A stretch of DNA of 60,888 bases, the filler included, from Stramenopiles sp. TOSAG23-3 (taxonomy: Eukaryota), in assembly GCA_900128585.1 (NCBI GenBank). It is 15 parts of 15 records of this genome, joined end to end, with 100 filler letters (N's around TTAATTAATTAA, not from the genome) between each part and the next. Parts side by side here need not be neighbours in the genome. Positions count along the whole stretch, not along the records: positions 16,336 to 20,311 come from LT644005.1; positions 20,412 to 24,381 come from LT644006.1; positions 24,482 to 28,451 come from LT644007.1; positions 28,552 to 32,515 come from LT644008.1; 11 more parts are not named here. One strand, 5' to 3'. A program made the translations under genes and the position numbers. The notes under the pieces were generated by a model. That model saw nothing but the letters and a program-made list of their open reading frames with translations, ran no database searches and was not told where the DNA came from. Within the stretch, counting starts at the first letter, position 1. Every line of letters starts with the position of its first letter. Shown here one piece after another: positions 17,200-28,727 of this stretch.

Positions 17200-20105
17200 T
17201 CTACGAATCTACGTTGACTTCAATCAAGGGTGGCTATGAGGTCATCAAAAGTGACAAAGAATTCACTCTAGTTGACGTTCATGTGTTGCCATTGTTGGGC
17301 TGGCAAAATTATTCCATGGTCGCAAAGTGTAGCTCAAAAACTCGACTGCCTTGCACGACATTTGGGGATTATTCCCAGTGCGTGGACAATACAGTAGAGA
17401 TTTTTGATTACGTCGGCGTAAGGTGTGGGTGTCCTTCTCCAGGTTGTTCTGTTCAGTTACGCCCTGATTTTCCCAAGTCCATAGACTTAACAGGCAGTGT
17501 GGACCACTCGTCGATCCTTGGGCCGTACAATTTAAAAGAAGGCGCCGATGGTATTCATTACAGCCTTCAATTAAGCTCGCCACCGGAAGAGCCTGTAAAA
17601 GTGTGCGCCGATATAACGTCGACACCTCGAGCTTCATCGTTGAAGATAAACGTTGTACCCCGCTGTGTCAATTTTATTACCGGGACGGAAAATGTTGTAA
17701 AAATTACTGTGAACTCAACGGACGATCACATTGACGCTTTGGTTGATCACCAAGATTTTGTCATAATTCATTACGTAGTAAAGAATGAGTCGGATTTTTT
17801 CTATGCTGTCCTTGCGGACAATGTAACCGTTGTCGTGCGTGTTTTTGACGAGAATAAAGCAGGAACAGAGTTAAATCCTCCTGGAGATATTACTCTGTCA
17901 CCGACAAGTACATCTGCGTTGATGAGTTTAATGTTCAAAACAAAACCCCTTCACCCTATAAATTTGGTTTGTTCCTTTGAACGTGCTGATGTATACCTGG
18001 TAGAGATAACGAAAAGAAACATTGTGCGGACAGGCTTTCATTTTACTATTTACAATGACACATTTTGGGACAACGTGGTTGAAATAAAGGTAATTTTACG
18101 TAAAGAAATCTTACCGCCATTGAATTCCAAGCTTACGGTAGAATTTCAAAGTGATGGGGATTCAAATTATCACGATTTGCCGAACATAACAAAGCAAATA
18201 AATTTCCGTCCTTTTCCTCCAAAAGACGTCAAGGTGTCTTCCACTGGTCCTCGTACTCTATATGTCGAATGGGAGTATGCAGAAAGTTCCTCAGACATTG
18301 TCTTTGACGTTGAGGTATCATTTCGTAACCGAACATATAATACAACATATCTCAACATATCGATCGAAGTGCCCTGGCCTCTCCATCAAAAGGTAGCTGT
18401 CGTCCGTGTGAAACAACATGGTAGTGTGGGCGAGTGGTCAAAGGAGAATGAAAAATGGTCGGTTACTGACGACTGTGATGATTCTAAATTTCTAGGGCAT
18501 CGAAGTCCCGACATATACGACTGGACTTGCGAGCCTTGCCCAGAGGGGGCGAGCTGTGCTGGGGAAACCCCTGTTGCAATTTTTGGGTGGTGGCGAGTGC
18601 CGTGGAAGAGTAACTCTTTTCGTGAATGTTTAAGGCGTGCATCATGTCCTCTGAACGACGACTGCGCTCGTTTTCATGCTGGTCCCTTGTGTGCATCTTG
18701 CGTAGTGGGTGCATACCGCGACAAGGCGACGTATGAGTGCTATCCCTGTGGCACTGTGGCGGCCAGCCTCGCTGGTCTGCTTGGCCTCGTCGCGGTGGGT
18801 TCCCTGGTTGTTGCTGGCATTGTTGGTGCAACGCTCGCATCGAGTGGTTCAGAGAGTGCCATTGATATTAAAATTGCGCAAATTGCATTGAATCATTTTG
18901 TCATTGTTAGCATCGCCGCCAATTTCCCGTTGGAATGGCCACCTTTTGTTCTTAATTTTCTGCGCGCGTTCAGTTATGCCAGCGTCAGTTCGTTGGGAGG
19001 AACTAACTCTTTTGGTGATTGCGCGCTGAGACATTTTTCGACTGGGCATTCGTTCACTTGGGCAATCTTTATGATATCGTTGGTGGTTTTGTCCCTTGTT
19101 GCATGGTGTCTGTTTTGGTGGATAGTGTACAGGTGTAAAAATAAAACGAAATCCATTGAGTTGCAAACATCAGTTCTGATTACACTGTTTCTGTTACATC
19201 CTGCTGTCACGAACGCAGCACTGCAATTACTTGCTTGTCGTACTGTGGCCGACAAAGAATTTCTGGAATCAGATTTCACTGTTAGATGCGATGGAAAGGA
19301 TTTCACACAATACCAATTTTTAGGAAATGCCATGTTATGCGTGTTTACGTTTGGGATCCCAATTGTGTATTTTTTCAAAATGCGGGGGAATTTACAAGGA
19401 ATTAGTCGAAGGAGGAGGAGTCAAATTGGCACTGAACTGGTAACTTATAAACGCGTATATGGGTACCTGTTTGATGGATTTTTGGAAAAGGCGTGGTATT
19501 GGGAAATTTGGAACTCGGTTCGCAAATGTTTGATCACCGCGTGCTCCGTGTTGTTCCAAGCATGGGGTTTGCATATGCAAACATGGTCGGCATTAGGACT
19601 GCTTTCATTTTCTCTCGCATTGTTTGTTCACGTGCAACCGTACCGTCGTCCAGTTTTGAACCGTTTGGAGATATATGCCTTGTCTACCGATTTTATCACT
19701 TTATTTCTCGGTTTAGGTCTCTTTAACAATGCAAGGGCAGGCGAAATGCGAAACGAAATCTTTTCTCAAACCTGTAGCATCCTGGTCATTTTGGTCAACA
19801 TGATGTTTGTCGTTTTCCTCCTTTATGTGTTCAAGCAGCAGTCGGAATATGTAAAAACTATAAAATTAGTCGTCGGGAGTATGTGCAAGCCGCAGGAGGA
19901 GAAGGAAGAGGAAGAATATGATGATGACGACAAGTGGGTCAAGAACCCGCTTAAAAGCGTGGTGGGGGCAGCGTTTGAAAACCCATTGTACGGGTCAAGT
20001 CGAAAATCAACCATAAGCTCAAGAATGAAATCACAGAATGGGATAGAAATGGCAAAAGTGATGGCAGCACTAGATGGGAGGAAGAAGGGAAGAGGAGGCA
20101 AGTGA
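17196..20105 (+). CDS. 3' segment of the same surface protein: Ig/FN3-like region, Cys-rich juxtamembrane region, multi-pass (7TM-like) domain
   Basis: FN3-like PFPPKDVKVSS..LYVEW; CEPCPEGASC and GPLCASC; TM block with YGYLFDGF..WYWEIWNSVRK and QPY..LNRLE. Confidence 0.8.
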   Translation: MIYESTLTSIKGGYEVIKSDKEFTLVDVHVLPLLGWQNYSMVAKCSSKTRLPCTTFGDYSQCVDNTVEIFDYVGVRCGCPSPGCSVQLRPDFPKSIDLTGSVDHSSILGPYNLKEGADGIHYSLQLSSPPEEPVKVCADITSTPRASSLKINVVPRCVNFITGTENVVKITVNSTDDHIDALVDHQDFVIIHYVVKNESDFFYAVLADNVTVVVRVFDENKAGTELNPPGDITLSPTSTSALMSLMFKTKPLHPINLVCSFERADVYLVEITKRNIVRTGFHFTIYNDTFWDNVVEIKVILRKEILPPLNSKLTVEFQSDGDSNYHDLPNITKQINFRPFPPKDVKVSSTGPRTLYVEWEYAESSSDIVFDVEVSFRNRTYNTTYLNISIEVPWPLHQKVAVVRVKQHGSVGEWSKENEKWSVTDDCDDSKFLGHRSPDIYDWTCEPCPEGASCAGETPVAIFGWWRVPWKSNSFRECLRRASCPLNDDCARFHAGPLCASCVVGAYRDKATYECYPCGTVAASLAGLLGLVAVGSLVVAGIVGATLASSGSESAIDIKIAQIALNHFVIVSIAANFPLEWPPFVLNFLRAFSYASVSSLGGTNSFGDCALRHFSTGHSFTWAIFMISLVVLSLVAWCLFWWIVYRCKNKTKSIELQTSVLITLFLLHPAVTNAALQLLACRTVADKEFLESDFTVRCDGKDFTQYQFLGNAMLCVFTFGIPIVYFFKMRGNLQGISRRRRSQIGTELVTYKRVYGYLFDGFLEKAWYWEIWNSVRKCLITACSVLFQAWGLHMQTWSALGLLSFSLALFVHVQPYRRPVLNRLEIYALSTDFITLFLGLGLFNNARAGEMRNEIFSQTCSILVILVNMMFVVFLLYVFKQQSEYVKTIKLVVGSMCKPQEEKEEEEYDDDDKWVKNPLKSVVGAAFENPLYGSSRKSTISSRMKSQNGIEMAKVMAALDGRKKGRGGK

Positions 20106-20843
20106 GACAGTATCGTATAACAGTATTATTATTTTGATGGTGTGGACATGCTTTTAATGCGGGGGTGGCAACAAAACTATGGTCGAGGCACCGGCCAATA
20201 CGACAACAACAATAGTGGGGTCTACCACCACCAGTCTTGGCTCGGAAGGAGCAACTAAGCTACAAGCCGGACAAGATTTTCGTAGGTTTTAAGAAAGGGA
20301 AGTAATTTTGTNNNNNNNNNNNNNNNNNNNNNNNNNNNNNNNNNNNNNNNNNNNNTTAATTAATTAANNNNNNNNNNNNNNNNNNNNNNNNNNNNNNNNN
20401 NNNNNNNNNNNCAAGGATTATTTGCAAGCATAATCCACATAAGGATATTAAAATTAACACTATCTTAGTATTCTAAAAACAAACTAACTAACTATATATA
20501 TTATTATTATTATTATTATTTTTTTAGATGATATTTTTTATTTAATAATATTGTTTTTGTTATTATATAACAACCACACAGAACGACACACTGCCGACTA
20601 AATATAATATAATAATAATTTAAAATAATAATAATACCACTCTATCTAATATACTACTACTACAAGTTAGGGAAATATTATTGTTAATTACAACACAAGA
20701 AATAAATATAAGAAAGAGAGACCAAATTTGTTGTTCGGCTTTCGTTATATACGGAGTGCTCATAAACTGTACACACGGAAAGGAAAAGTTGGGGCACTGC
20801 AGATAGGGACAGTTGCAAATATTACCCCAAAAGTTAATACAAG

Positions 20844-22304
20844 ATGTTGAACAAATTCCTGCTCGTGGGCGTTTGCCTTTGCGCAGCATTGTGCTACGGA
20901 AGTGCCAGTGGCACGAAGACGGTGTTCTTTCCAGAGGAAGGCTACGACCTGTCGATGTATGAACCTTTAAACAAAGTGATAATGACTTCGTTTGGCGGAA
21001 AACTCCAAGACTCAGAAATATGCTTTGCGCATGGGAAGAAAGGCTTCGTTGACGGCATGGCAGCGTACAGAAGCAACCCTGAGCGGTGCACGGCCGGCCT
21101 AGTATTGCTAGGTGCAGCCCCGGGCAAAAGCCAAGACCTCCAGGGACTCGAAGCACCGCTTCTTGTTCTTGCTGGTGATCTGGATGGGATATTGCGCTTT
21201 TCGTCGTTTGCGGCAGCCAAGCACAAGTTCGGTTCGACAAAGAGACGCTTCGCAATAATCCAAGGAGCTTCCCACCACAGTTTTGCGTCTGGCGACAAAC
21301 CACTTGCCCTGGACCTTCGGCCTGACATCGGGCACTCGAAAGCACACAGCACGATTGCTGCTGTCGTTAACGACTTTGTCTTTTCCAGCGACAAAGGGGA
21401 CACCATGTTGAAAAAAACAGAAGCGTTGGCAGACAAGCTTGCCGCGCCAATCGTAGCCGCTTTGAAGTTGGAAGGCTCTGGGGCGCTTGGCACCGACGTT
21501 TGCAATTCAGATTTTCCTACCAACCCAACCTGCAACTACCCGAAGTACCCAGACTTCGCCTTGCCCCCTGGACCAGCCCCAGCCCCATCCCCAATGCCCT
21601 CAAGTGACTGCATTTGTGGCTCCAAGTGGGTTACCGATTACGCGTTCCCAACTGTTAGTGGCGCTGCCGACCTTGGATTTTCCCTTCACGCCGCCGACGC
21701 CTTTCACAGTGTTTCCGACGTTCACCCGTTTCACTTGCCTCACATTTGGAACTCATGCCCATCGCCAAGTGGGTGCGATTTGAACGTCACCACTCTGACG
21801 GAAAACTTGCCAGGCTCTGGGAGTTTGTTTCCGAACGGCACAGGCGCCCCACTAAGCGCGTACGAGTTGCGGACAAAGATGAAATCTCGCACGACTTTGT
21901 ACAAAGCCGTTGGAGTGAAACCTGGGCCAAATGTTGACAAAAATCTTACCCTTTGCCGTCAGGCCAACGAAGAGGCGTGGGCGTGGGCCACCAAAAATGC
22001 AGACCCAAGTGTCATGAAGCGATTCGACGCCGACGGGGAGCCATTTGTTATGGTGGATGACAAAGAGGCACCAATTGGGTTGAAAGGTCCAGAATGGATA
22101 GAAAAAACACTAGTTTACAACCGAGTAAAATCTAGCTCAGGCCGAACTCAAATCGAAGTCCAATCGTGGACCTTTGTGGTCGGAGATTTTCCCATTCACT
22201 CCAAATACCTTCCGACTGGGATGCATTATTGCAAGCTTTTGTCGCCGGCTCGTGCAATGGAATGGTTGTACACGGATTCGTTGCGTCAAATGCGCTCTGT
22301 TTAA
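20844..22304 (+). CDS. Secreted alpha/beta-hydrolase-fold-like protein
   Basis: Signal peptide MLNKFLLVGVCLCAALCYG; AGLVLLGA, PLLVLAGDLDG and IIQGASHHSF match the acid/His strands of alpha/beta hydrolases; the nucleophile motif is degenerate. Confidence 0.65.
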   Translation: MLNKFLLVGVCLCAALCYGSASGTKTVFFPEEGYDLSMYEPLNKVIMTSFGGKLQDSEICFAHGKKGFVDGMAAYRSNPERCTAGLVLLGAAPGKSQDLQGLEAPLLVLAGDLDGILRFSSFAAAKHKFGSTKRRFAIIQGASHHSFASGDKPLALDLRPDIGHSKAHSTIAAVVNDFVFSSDKGDTMLKKTEALADKLAAPIVAALKLEGSGALGTDVCNSDFPTNPTCNYPKYPDFALPPGPAPAPSPMPSSDCICGSKWVTDYAFPTVSGAADLGFSLHAADAFHSVSDVHPFHLPHIWNSCPSPSGCDLNVTTLTENLPGSGSLFPNGTGAPLSAYELRTKMKSRTTLYKAVGVKPGPNVDKNLTLCRQANEEAWAWATKNADPSVMKRFDADGEPFVMVDDKEAPIGLKGPEWIEKTLVYNRVKSSSGRTQIEVQSWTFVVGDFPIHSKYLPTGMHYCKLLSPARAMEWLYTDSLRQMRSV

Positions 22305-22414
22305 GAGTTGAGAAAACGTAAAAGAAACTTAATTGTTTTAAATTAAAACTTGGTACCTTTAACAAAACTGACACATTTTTATTGTACCTGCTGTATCTGT
22401 AATTCTAACTCTTT

Positions 22415-24380
22415 TCAGTAAATGCTCCCCGGTATTTTGGGGTTTCCTAGATCCGTAACATCCAGGCCGACATTGCAACGGCCAGGGCACTGAACCTCTT
22501 TAGGAACAGGTTTTAACATCGTTATATTGTAGACCCAGTCCGACAGGTAAAAAGTGCCCTGTTCCCCTGACCCCACCATCTTTCCCCGTTGGTTCCAATA
22601 CCTGTTCATCAATATTACACAATGGTTATCGCCTTCTGAAACAAACTGGTAATAATTTGGAACAGAACTTAAGTTTCCAGGAGCGTATACCTTCTTCATG
22701 TCGGAATTCCACTTCAACTTTTCGGCCAGCCGAGCGCTTCCGCCTACGGTCATCGCCTTCAAGAAAAAGGCTTGGTTCCAGTCGTAGGCGGACGAAAATT
22801 GAGAAACGACATGCTTCGGGTTTGCTTGGCCTATCCAACGGTAAAGTGTGGGCAGAGATAACGAGGAAAAAATTCCAGATCGGATTTCGGTCATCTGAAA
22901 TGCAGACAGGTTGCCGCCAGCAGCCGCATTACTTGGTATCACATTGAAAGGAAACTGCCCCGAAACGTTCCACAGCGCGGTTAAGCCCAAGTTTCCGGTA
23001 ATTACGCCCATTCCAGAGTCCCCGAACTGGACCACCTTCGTACTTTTGTTCTTGTAATGGTTCATTAGATGGGATGCCCACATCAGTGAGCCGTAAGACC
23101 CTGCCGAGCACCCAGTAACAAAAACCAACTCTGGGTCTGCGGGAAGGGCTGAATAAATCCAATCCATGACAACTCTGGCGTTTCTACCACCCGTGTGGAA
23201 TATTTTCAAACTCTCTGTATACTGAACTTCGTTGTCACCCCAATGAAGGTCACCCGTACAATATGGCACAAAAATGTGAGTGTAGTTAGAAAACGGCGAG
23301 TCCACGTCCCCTATTCCACGATAAGGGTATACGAAATCGCTGGCACCTGGATCTCCCTTCTTTGGCACAGTTTTCGGAAGGTCGCGAAACATTCTCCTGG
23401 CATTTTCTGCAGTCTCGCTGAAAATTGCCGTTTGAAGACCACAGGTCCGCTTACTCCAACAGGCACCCCCTCCCATAAACTCAATAAGCAACTTTTTTGA
23501 CCCTGTTTGCCCACGCTTAACAAAGAACACGAAAGGCGTTCCACGAGCGCATTTTGTATTGCCCACAGGCCGCAGTTCGGTCCATTCGTTGACCTTTAAA
23601 TCATTTAAAGATTGCGGCATGAAGTACGATTCGTCCGTCTCAAGGACAAGCTCCTCTTTTGAACTCGTTCTACTGACTTCTGCAGCGTACGAAACGGCAA
23701 CAATAATCACCGTAATGGCCCAACACGCCCCCATGCCCGCATAGGTTCGTTTCAAATCAGCTAGAGGAACCACGGCTGGGTCTTCTTTTGAAGCAGGCTC
23801 AGTCTTTTCTTCGCCGCCACTGCGCGCTGTGCCTTCGTTGGTTTTCTTAAGACACTTGCAAATCTTTTTCATGTCCTGGTAATCTTCCCTTTCCACGGGG
23901 CCAAAGCCGGACAGAAATGCCATAAAGACGACTGTGCCGGAGAGGTAGGCCCACACAACGGCCATAGCCATAAAGATACCAAACTGAAGAAAAAATACAA
24001 AGGTTGCTGCAAACAGGAAGCACGACGATCCCAAGGTAGAGAATGCTGCTGCGCTAACAGAAACGCCCATGGCAGAGAGAGCGTCAATTACGCGTTCACC
24101 GGATGTTCGTTTTTGCGAATGTACGTATGCAACAGCCAGATGCACAGTGTAATCCACAGAAAACCCAACAAGAAAAGTTACGCACGTTGAGCGGACGCTG
24201 CCAAGCTTTCCTCCCTCGATGACAATGCCGCCCAGAACACCAACCACGATTAACGCAATCGACAACAGCGAAAATAGCGATATTCGTGCACTTTTTGTAA
24301 AAAAAAAGACTATCGCGAATGCAAACAACGCACTTATCAGAACAGACCCCACTGCACTCGTGACAAAAAGAACTTGCTCC
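22415..24380 (-). CDS. Patched/Dispatched-family (RND) C-terminal TM region fused to a pectin acetylesterase/Notum-family hydrolase (5'-truncated)
   Basis: RND motif LVGFSVDYTVHLA with flanking helices (ALSAMGVSV, FFLQFGIFM); one extra TM; then CARGTP, IEFMGGGACW, VPYCTGDLHWG, TGCSAG, YDWNQ and NHC in a single open frame. Confidence 0.85.
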
Positions 24381-24685
24381 GNNNNNNNNNNNNNNNNNNN
24401 NNNNNNNNNNNNNNNNNNNNNNNNNTTAATTAATTAANNNNNNNNNNNNNNNNNNNNNNNNNNNNNNNNNNNNNNNNNNNNTTGTTTGTTATATAGATGA
24501 AACATTTTAAATGTATTATATACATAACCGATCAATATAAATATATATATATTGTTGTAATGTGATGTTGGTAGAGGCCAATGGAAAAACGGGAGGAAAA
24601 CATTTACATTTGTTTGATGTGATGGTAGCATTGTTTTAAAAACTTGAGTGTTTATTGTATCGAATAGAGGGGATTTAAATAAATC

Positions 24686-26012
24686 ATGGGAGCGATTTGC
24701 TGCGGGCAGTTTAAAGCCGCAGGTCCCGCGAGGGCGGAGTATATCCAAGCGCAAACCAAGTACGGCAGCCAAACGTCGCAGATGATCGTTGCTACGGACG
24801 ACCGAATTCAATTTGTGGGACGGAGCGTCGTAAATGGGACGGACCGGGAATACAGCTACGCGTCCGGTGTCATCCGATTCCTTGTCAAAGGCCCCGCGAG
24901 CTCCATATCGATTTTGTGTGGCACACCGAAGAACGGGACCCGTGGTAAAAAGATGAGGGGCTTAGGAGGAAAGAATAAAGGTGGGGTCCCGCTTAAACCT
25001 GGCAGCATGATGAACGTATACCACAACGGTGTGCATGTTGATAAAATTGGTGTTGACATTGGGGAAGACCCTCATCGAAGTGTCCAGGTGCTCCGAAGGT
25101 TTCTCGGGGTTGCTCATCTTTAAAGGGATATTTTTGCCAGAGACATGCGAGCTTCTTCAGCCGCCGCCAAAGAGGAAGCTCATCGAGTTCGTAGGGGACT
25201 CCGACACCACTGCGCAAGTTGGACTAGGACCGTTTACCCTGAACGTCAGTGCGATTTTTGCAAACTACGTAACGTGGGGGGACGCCGATTACGGGTGGGC
25301 CCACTATGTCGCCCGCGCGTTTGGGTGTGACTACATAAATTCTAGCACGGGCGGGATAGGAATTTGTTATCAAGGCGACAAATTCGGAAAAAGAAATAAA
25401 GCAGGCCCGGCCCATGAGCATTACGACGATAAGATAAACTTCAACTGGGGCGTGGAAGAGAAAGACGAGAAATTCTCTGTCGGGGAGATGGGTCCTGTGG
25501 ACCTCGTCGTTGTCTGGCTTGGTCAAAACGATGTGGTCGCCGGGCACGGTCCAGGAAAGGTTGCCGAGGGAATCGTTGGGTATGAAAAATTGCTCTCTGC
25601 TATTCGCAAACATCGAGTAGAGACCCCAATTTTGTGCCTCTACCCAACCGGGATAATTCATACCAACCATCCCAAAAATCCGCTGTTTGGTGGCAACAAA
25701 AAGAAATGTCTTGCCGTCAACAGCGACATAAAAGCCTACATCAATGGTGCCATCGAGAAATGGGGCGGAGATGAAAAGGAACTCAATATCTTTGCTCGAG
25801 GTTTCGAAATGAGCCCAGCGTTTGATCCAGCAACGGACTACGGTGCGTTTGGAGAGCTTGGCGTTGGTGGGGCCAGAAAACTCGCCCGCGGCACCTTGCC
25901 ACTTGTCAAAGAAATAACTGGCTGGGAGATTGTCAGCGAAGTCCCCGAAAAGGGTCGGCATGGAGCGTTGCCGGAGACGACAACAGCCCAGTATGTCACG
26001 GAAACAAAATAA
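24686..26012 (+). pseudogene. CE2-like SGNH/GDSL esterase split over two overlapping frames (24686..25123 and 25029..26012)
   Basis: N-part IQFVGR..SGVIRF..NVYHNG resembles the CE2 N-terminal beta domain; C-part has LIEFVGDS and WLGQND. A +1 shift near 25040-25070 is required. Could be a real lesion or an assembly error. Confidence 0.6.
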
Positions 26013-26229
26013 TTTATCGACAAAACTTCATTCGGGGAAGGGCTGAAATGGTCTCTTATTAGCGAGAGTTCGTGCTTCGTGCGCTCTATGGAAATGTGCT
26101 TCGGATTCATTGAAAACTAGTCTTGGACGTACATAAAATAAAAAAAACAACGGACGTACATAAATATTACAGATACGAAAGAGGCATAACATATTTTTAC
26201 ACTCTCTTTAAATGTTTGGTCATTGGCAT

Positions 26230-27201
26230 TCACAGCATGTTGTAATCTTTCCCATTGTCATTTTTTTTACTGTCCCCCATCTCGTAACTATATTCTTCGC
26301 GCCCAGAGGATGCCCCCTTCTGTATACTATTGCTCCTACTCAACGATCCCATTTCAAACCCCGCGCCCGACCCGTCGTCCGCCTCTTCGTCAAATAGGGG
26401 CGGGACTTCCGTTTCGATTTCTGTCCCATCGCTGTTTCGTCTTCCCTGGGCATCTTCGTCGTCGTCGTCGTCGGCGGCCAACAGCCGGTGGCCCTCTGCT
26501 GTCCTGCTCCGCCGATGCCTGTACCGGCTAGATATGAACTGCTTCAGAGAATCCCCCATACCAGAAAACCAATTTCCAGACTCGCTACTTTTGTTAGCAG
26601 TAGCTGTGCCGCTGCTCCCTCCGTCGCCGCCGCCGCTGCCACCTCCACTCGCAGCAGGAATCATATTCTGTCGCCGTGCCCGATCCTGAGCAGCGTCTCT
26701 CTCTTGTGCCATCAAACGGTGGAACAGAGGGTCGGCGTGGAGCTGCTCCCTGAAAATTTCGTTCTGAAGCATTCTTGCCAACTCCTCGTCCCGCAGCATC
26801 GACGGTGGTGCGTTGCTCCCCCCACTTGTAGGGATAAAGTCCCTTGGCAGGCGCAAAAAATCATCCGGTAAAGGGTTCCTCCATTTTTTCGTGCTTCGGT
26901 CCCCACTTGATTCTGTTGTGCCGCCGCTTCCTTTCTGGGCGTCCTTCGTCTCGGCCGCCTGCCGTCGTGCGTGAAGTGCCCGCGCCTCCGCCAAGGACGA
27001 TGAGATTGGTGTGGAATCGTTTGTATTTTTCGGTCGCGCAGGCGGAGTGTCAGTGCTATTTAGCGCCAACAAATTGTCAATTGTGCGCTCCACGTTAAAG
27101 TTGTTTGTTTGAAACACAGACTGTATAACAGCACGATCCATTCCTTCAAACATGGCGGCCATCATATCCACCTCTTCCCGAAAGCTCGACGACGACGACA
27201 T
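26230..27201 (-). CDS. CUE-domain (ubiquitin-binding) protein, CUEDC1-like
   Basis: N-terminal MAAMFEGMDRAVIQSVFQTNNFNVERTIDNLL; LPDDFLR and DEELARMLQNE motifs; ATG at 27201. Confidence 0.8.
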   Translation of the reverse strand: MSSSSSFREEVDMMAAMFEGMDRAVIQSVFQTNNFNVERTIDNLLALNSTDTPPARPKNTNDSTPISSSLAEARALHARRQAAETKDAQKGSGGTTESSGDRSTKKWRNPLPDDFLRLPRDFIPTSGGSNAPPSMLRDEELARMLQNEIFREQLHADPLFHRLMAQERDAAQDRARRQNMIPAASGGGSGGGDGGSSGTATANKSSESGNWFSGMGDSLKQFISSRYRHRRSRTAEGHRLLAADDDDDEDAQGRRNSDGTEIETEVPPLFDEEADDGSGAGFEMGSLSRSNSIQKGASSGREEYSYEMGDSKKNDNGKDYNML

Positions 27202-27798
27202 GGTTACTCCCGGGTACAAAACACACCGTGCGTGACCCGACTATAAAAACGAATACAAACCGGTGCTGTTCTTACCGTGAATCCCTTCCAAATTTAATAA
27301 GAGGACACGTCTGCCTGGGTTAGTTATTCAACGCTATTTGCATCAAATAATAGACATCCATTGAAAACAACTAAACTAAAATTATATAGTTCCCAAGTAT
27401 TGAAAAACAATTAATATAATAATAATCAAAACGTTTTAAGAATAAAATATAATAATAATATTTTATAATAATAATTTTTTTGTCACCTCATCATCCTCTC
27501 GTAACTCTTCTTGTGTTCTTGTGAATGAATGAATGACATTCATCATTTCATCATTTATTATATTTAAAATACATTTAAGTCTAATTATTATTATAACAAT
27601 AATACAATAAATTATTATAATTATATTATAATAAGAGTACCTCGTCTATCAACTATTATAATTTTGACACTGTGTGGACTGTGGTGGAGGAGGAGAGGAC
27701 TTCTGTATTTTGATAATAAAAAATTTTAAAAAAAGAAGAAGCGGAGGGCGGCCGTGGTGGTGGAGATAATATAATTTACAATAAAAACGCAATAAAAT

Positions 27799-28257
27799 TT
27801 AAGCACGTCGGTTTTTCCAGAGTCCTCCGTATCGATAATGGGGGTTGGTAGAATCCCCATCAACGACACCGTTCGCAACGGTTGGTAAATTCCAACACTT
27901 GCCGCATACCATGACCCAATTTGTCTCCGCTGTAACTATACATCTAATCAACAGGTCCGTGCTTCGTCTACACAAATCACAATTCTTCTGACCCGTTTTG
28001 GGGGCAGCCCCCCCGACAGGGCTCGGCTCTTGCTTTTCCTCCGCTAGCTTCTTCTCCCGCTTCTGAAGCCTCCGACGTTCCCTATTGCATCGCTTTGAAC
28101 ACGTTGTAACGTCTTCCCAGCAACGCTCCCATTTCTTTCTCCAGGTAAAGTCTCGGTTGCAAACAACGCAGCTCTTCACAGGTACAAACTTTCCTCGATC
28201 CAACAATATTTTTTGCCCACTCTTCTTCGCAGTTTTCAACGCCAGCTTCAACGCCAT
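27799..28257 (-). CDS. DUF2256-domain protein with a second Cys-rich (zinc-ribbon-like) domain
   Basis: [31 protein letters not shown]-terminal [20 protein letters not shown]; start uncertain (ATG 28257, frame open from TTG 28317). Confidence 0.8.
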   Translation of the reverse strand: MALKLALKTAKKSGQKILLDRGKFVPVKSCVVCNRDFTWRKKWERCWEDVTTCSKRCNRERRRLQKREKKLAEEKQEPSPVGGAAPKTGQKNCDLCRRSTDLLIRCIVTAETNWVMVCGKCWNLPTVANGVVDGDSTNPHYRYGGLWKNRRA

Positions 28258-28551
28258 CTGGTTCGCTGTCTGCTGTAACCTGAAACCTTCGAACAGAATG
28301 ACTATGTCTGAAACCAATATGTTTCCAGAACAACCATTGGCCGAAGAAGCTCCATCAAACTATATAAATACGTGTCGTGCTTCTTGCTTCACTAGCCAAC
28401 AAACGTTGAACTAAAATACCACAAACAGCGAACAACAGGTGTATATCCTCTNNNNNNNNNNNNNNNNNNNNNNNNNNNNNNNNNNNNNNNNNNNNTTAAT
28501 TAATTAANNNNNNNNNNNNNNNNNNNNNNNNNNNNNNNNNNNNNNNNNNNN

Positions 28552-28552
28552 T

Positions 28553-28615
<63 letters not shown>

Positions 28616-28727
28616 GTCTTTCTTTCTTTCGACTCTTTCTTTCTTTCTTTCGACTCTTTCTTTCTTTCGACTCTTTCTTTCTTTCGACTCTTTCTTTCGT
28701 TCTCTTTCTTCTCTTTCTTCTTCTTCC
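28552..28727. repeat. (TTTC)n microsatellite with interspersed GACTC units
   Basis: Directly visible at contig start. Confidence 0.95.

Noticed and set aside
24945-25005. 61-nt GT-AG intron to repair the SGNH frameshift
   Set aside because: Leads immediately to a TGA and would discard the conserved NVYHNG strand.
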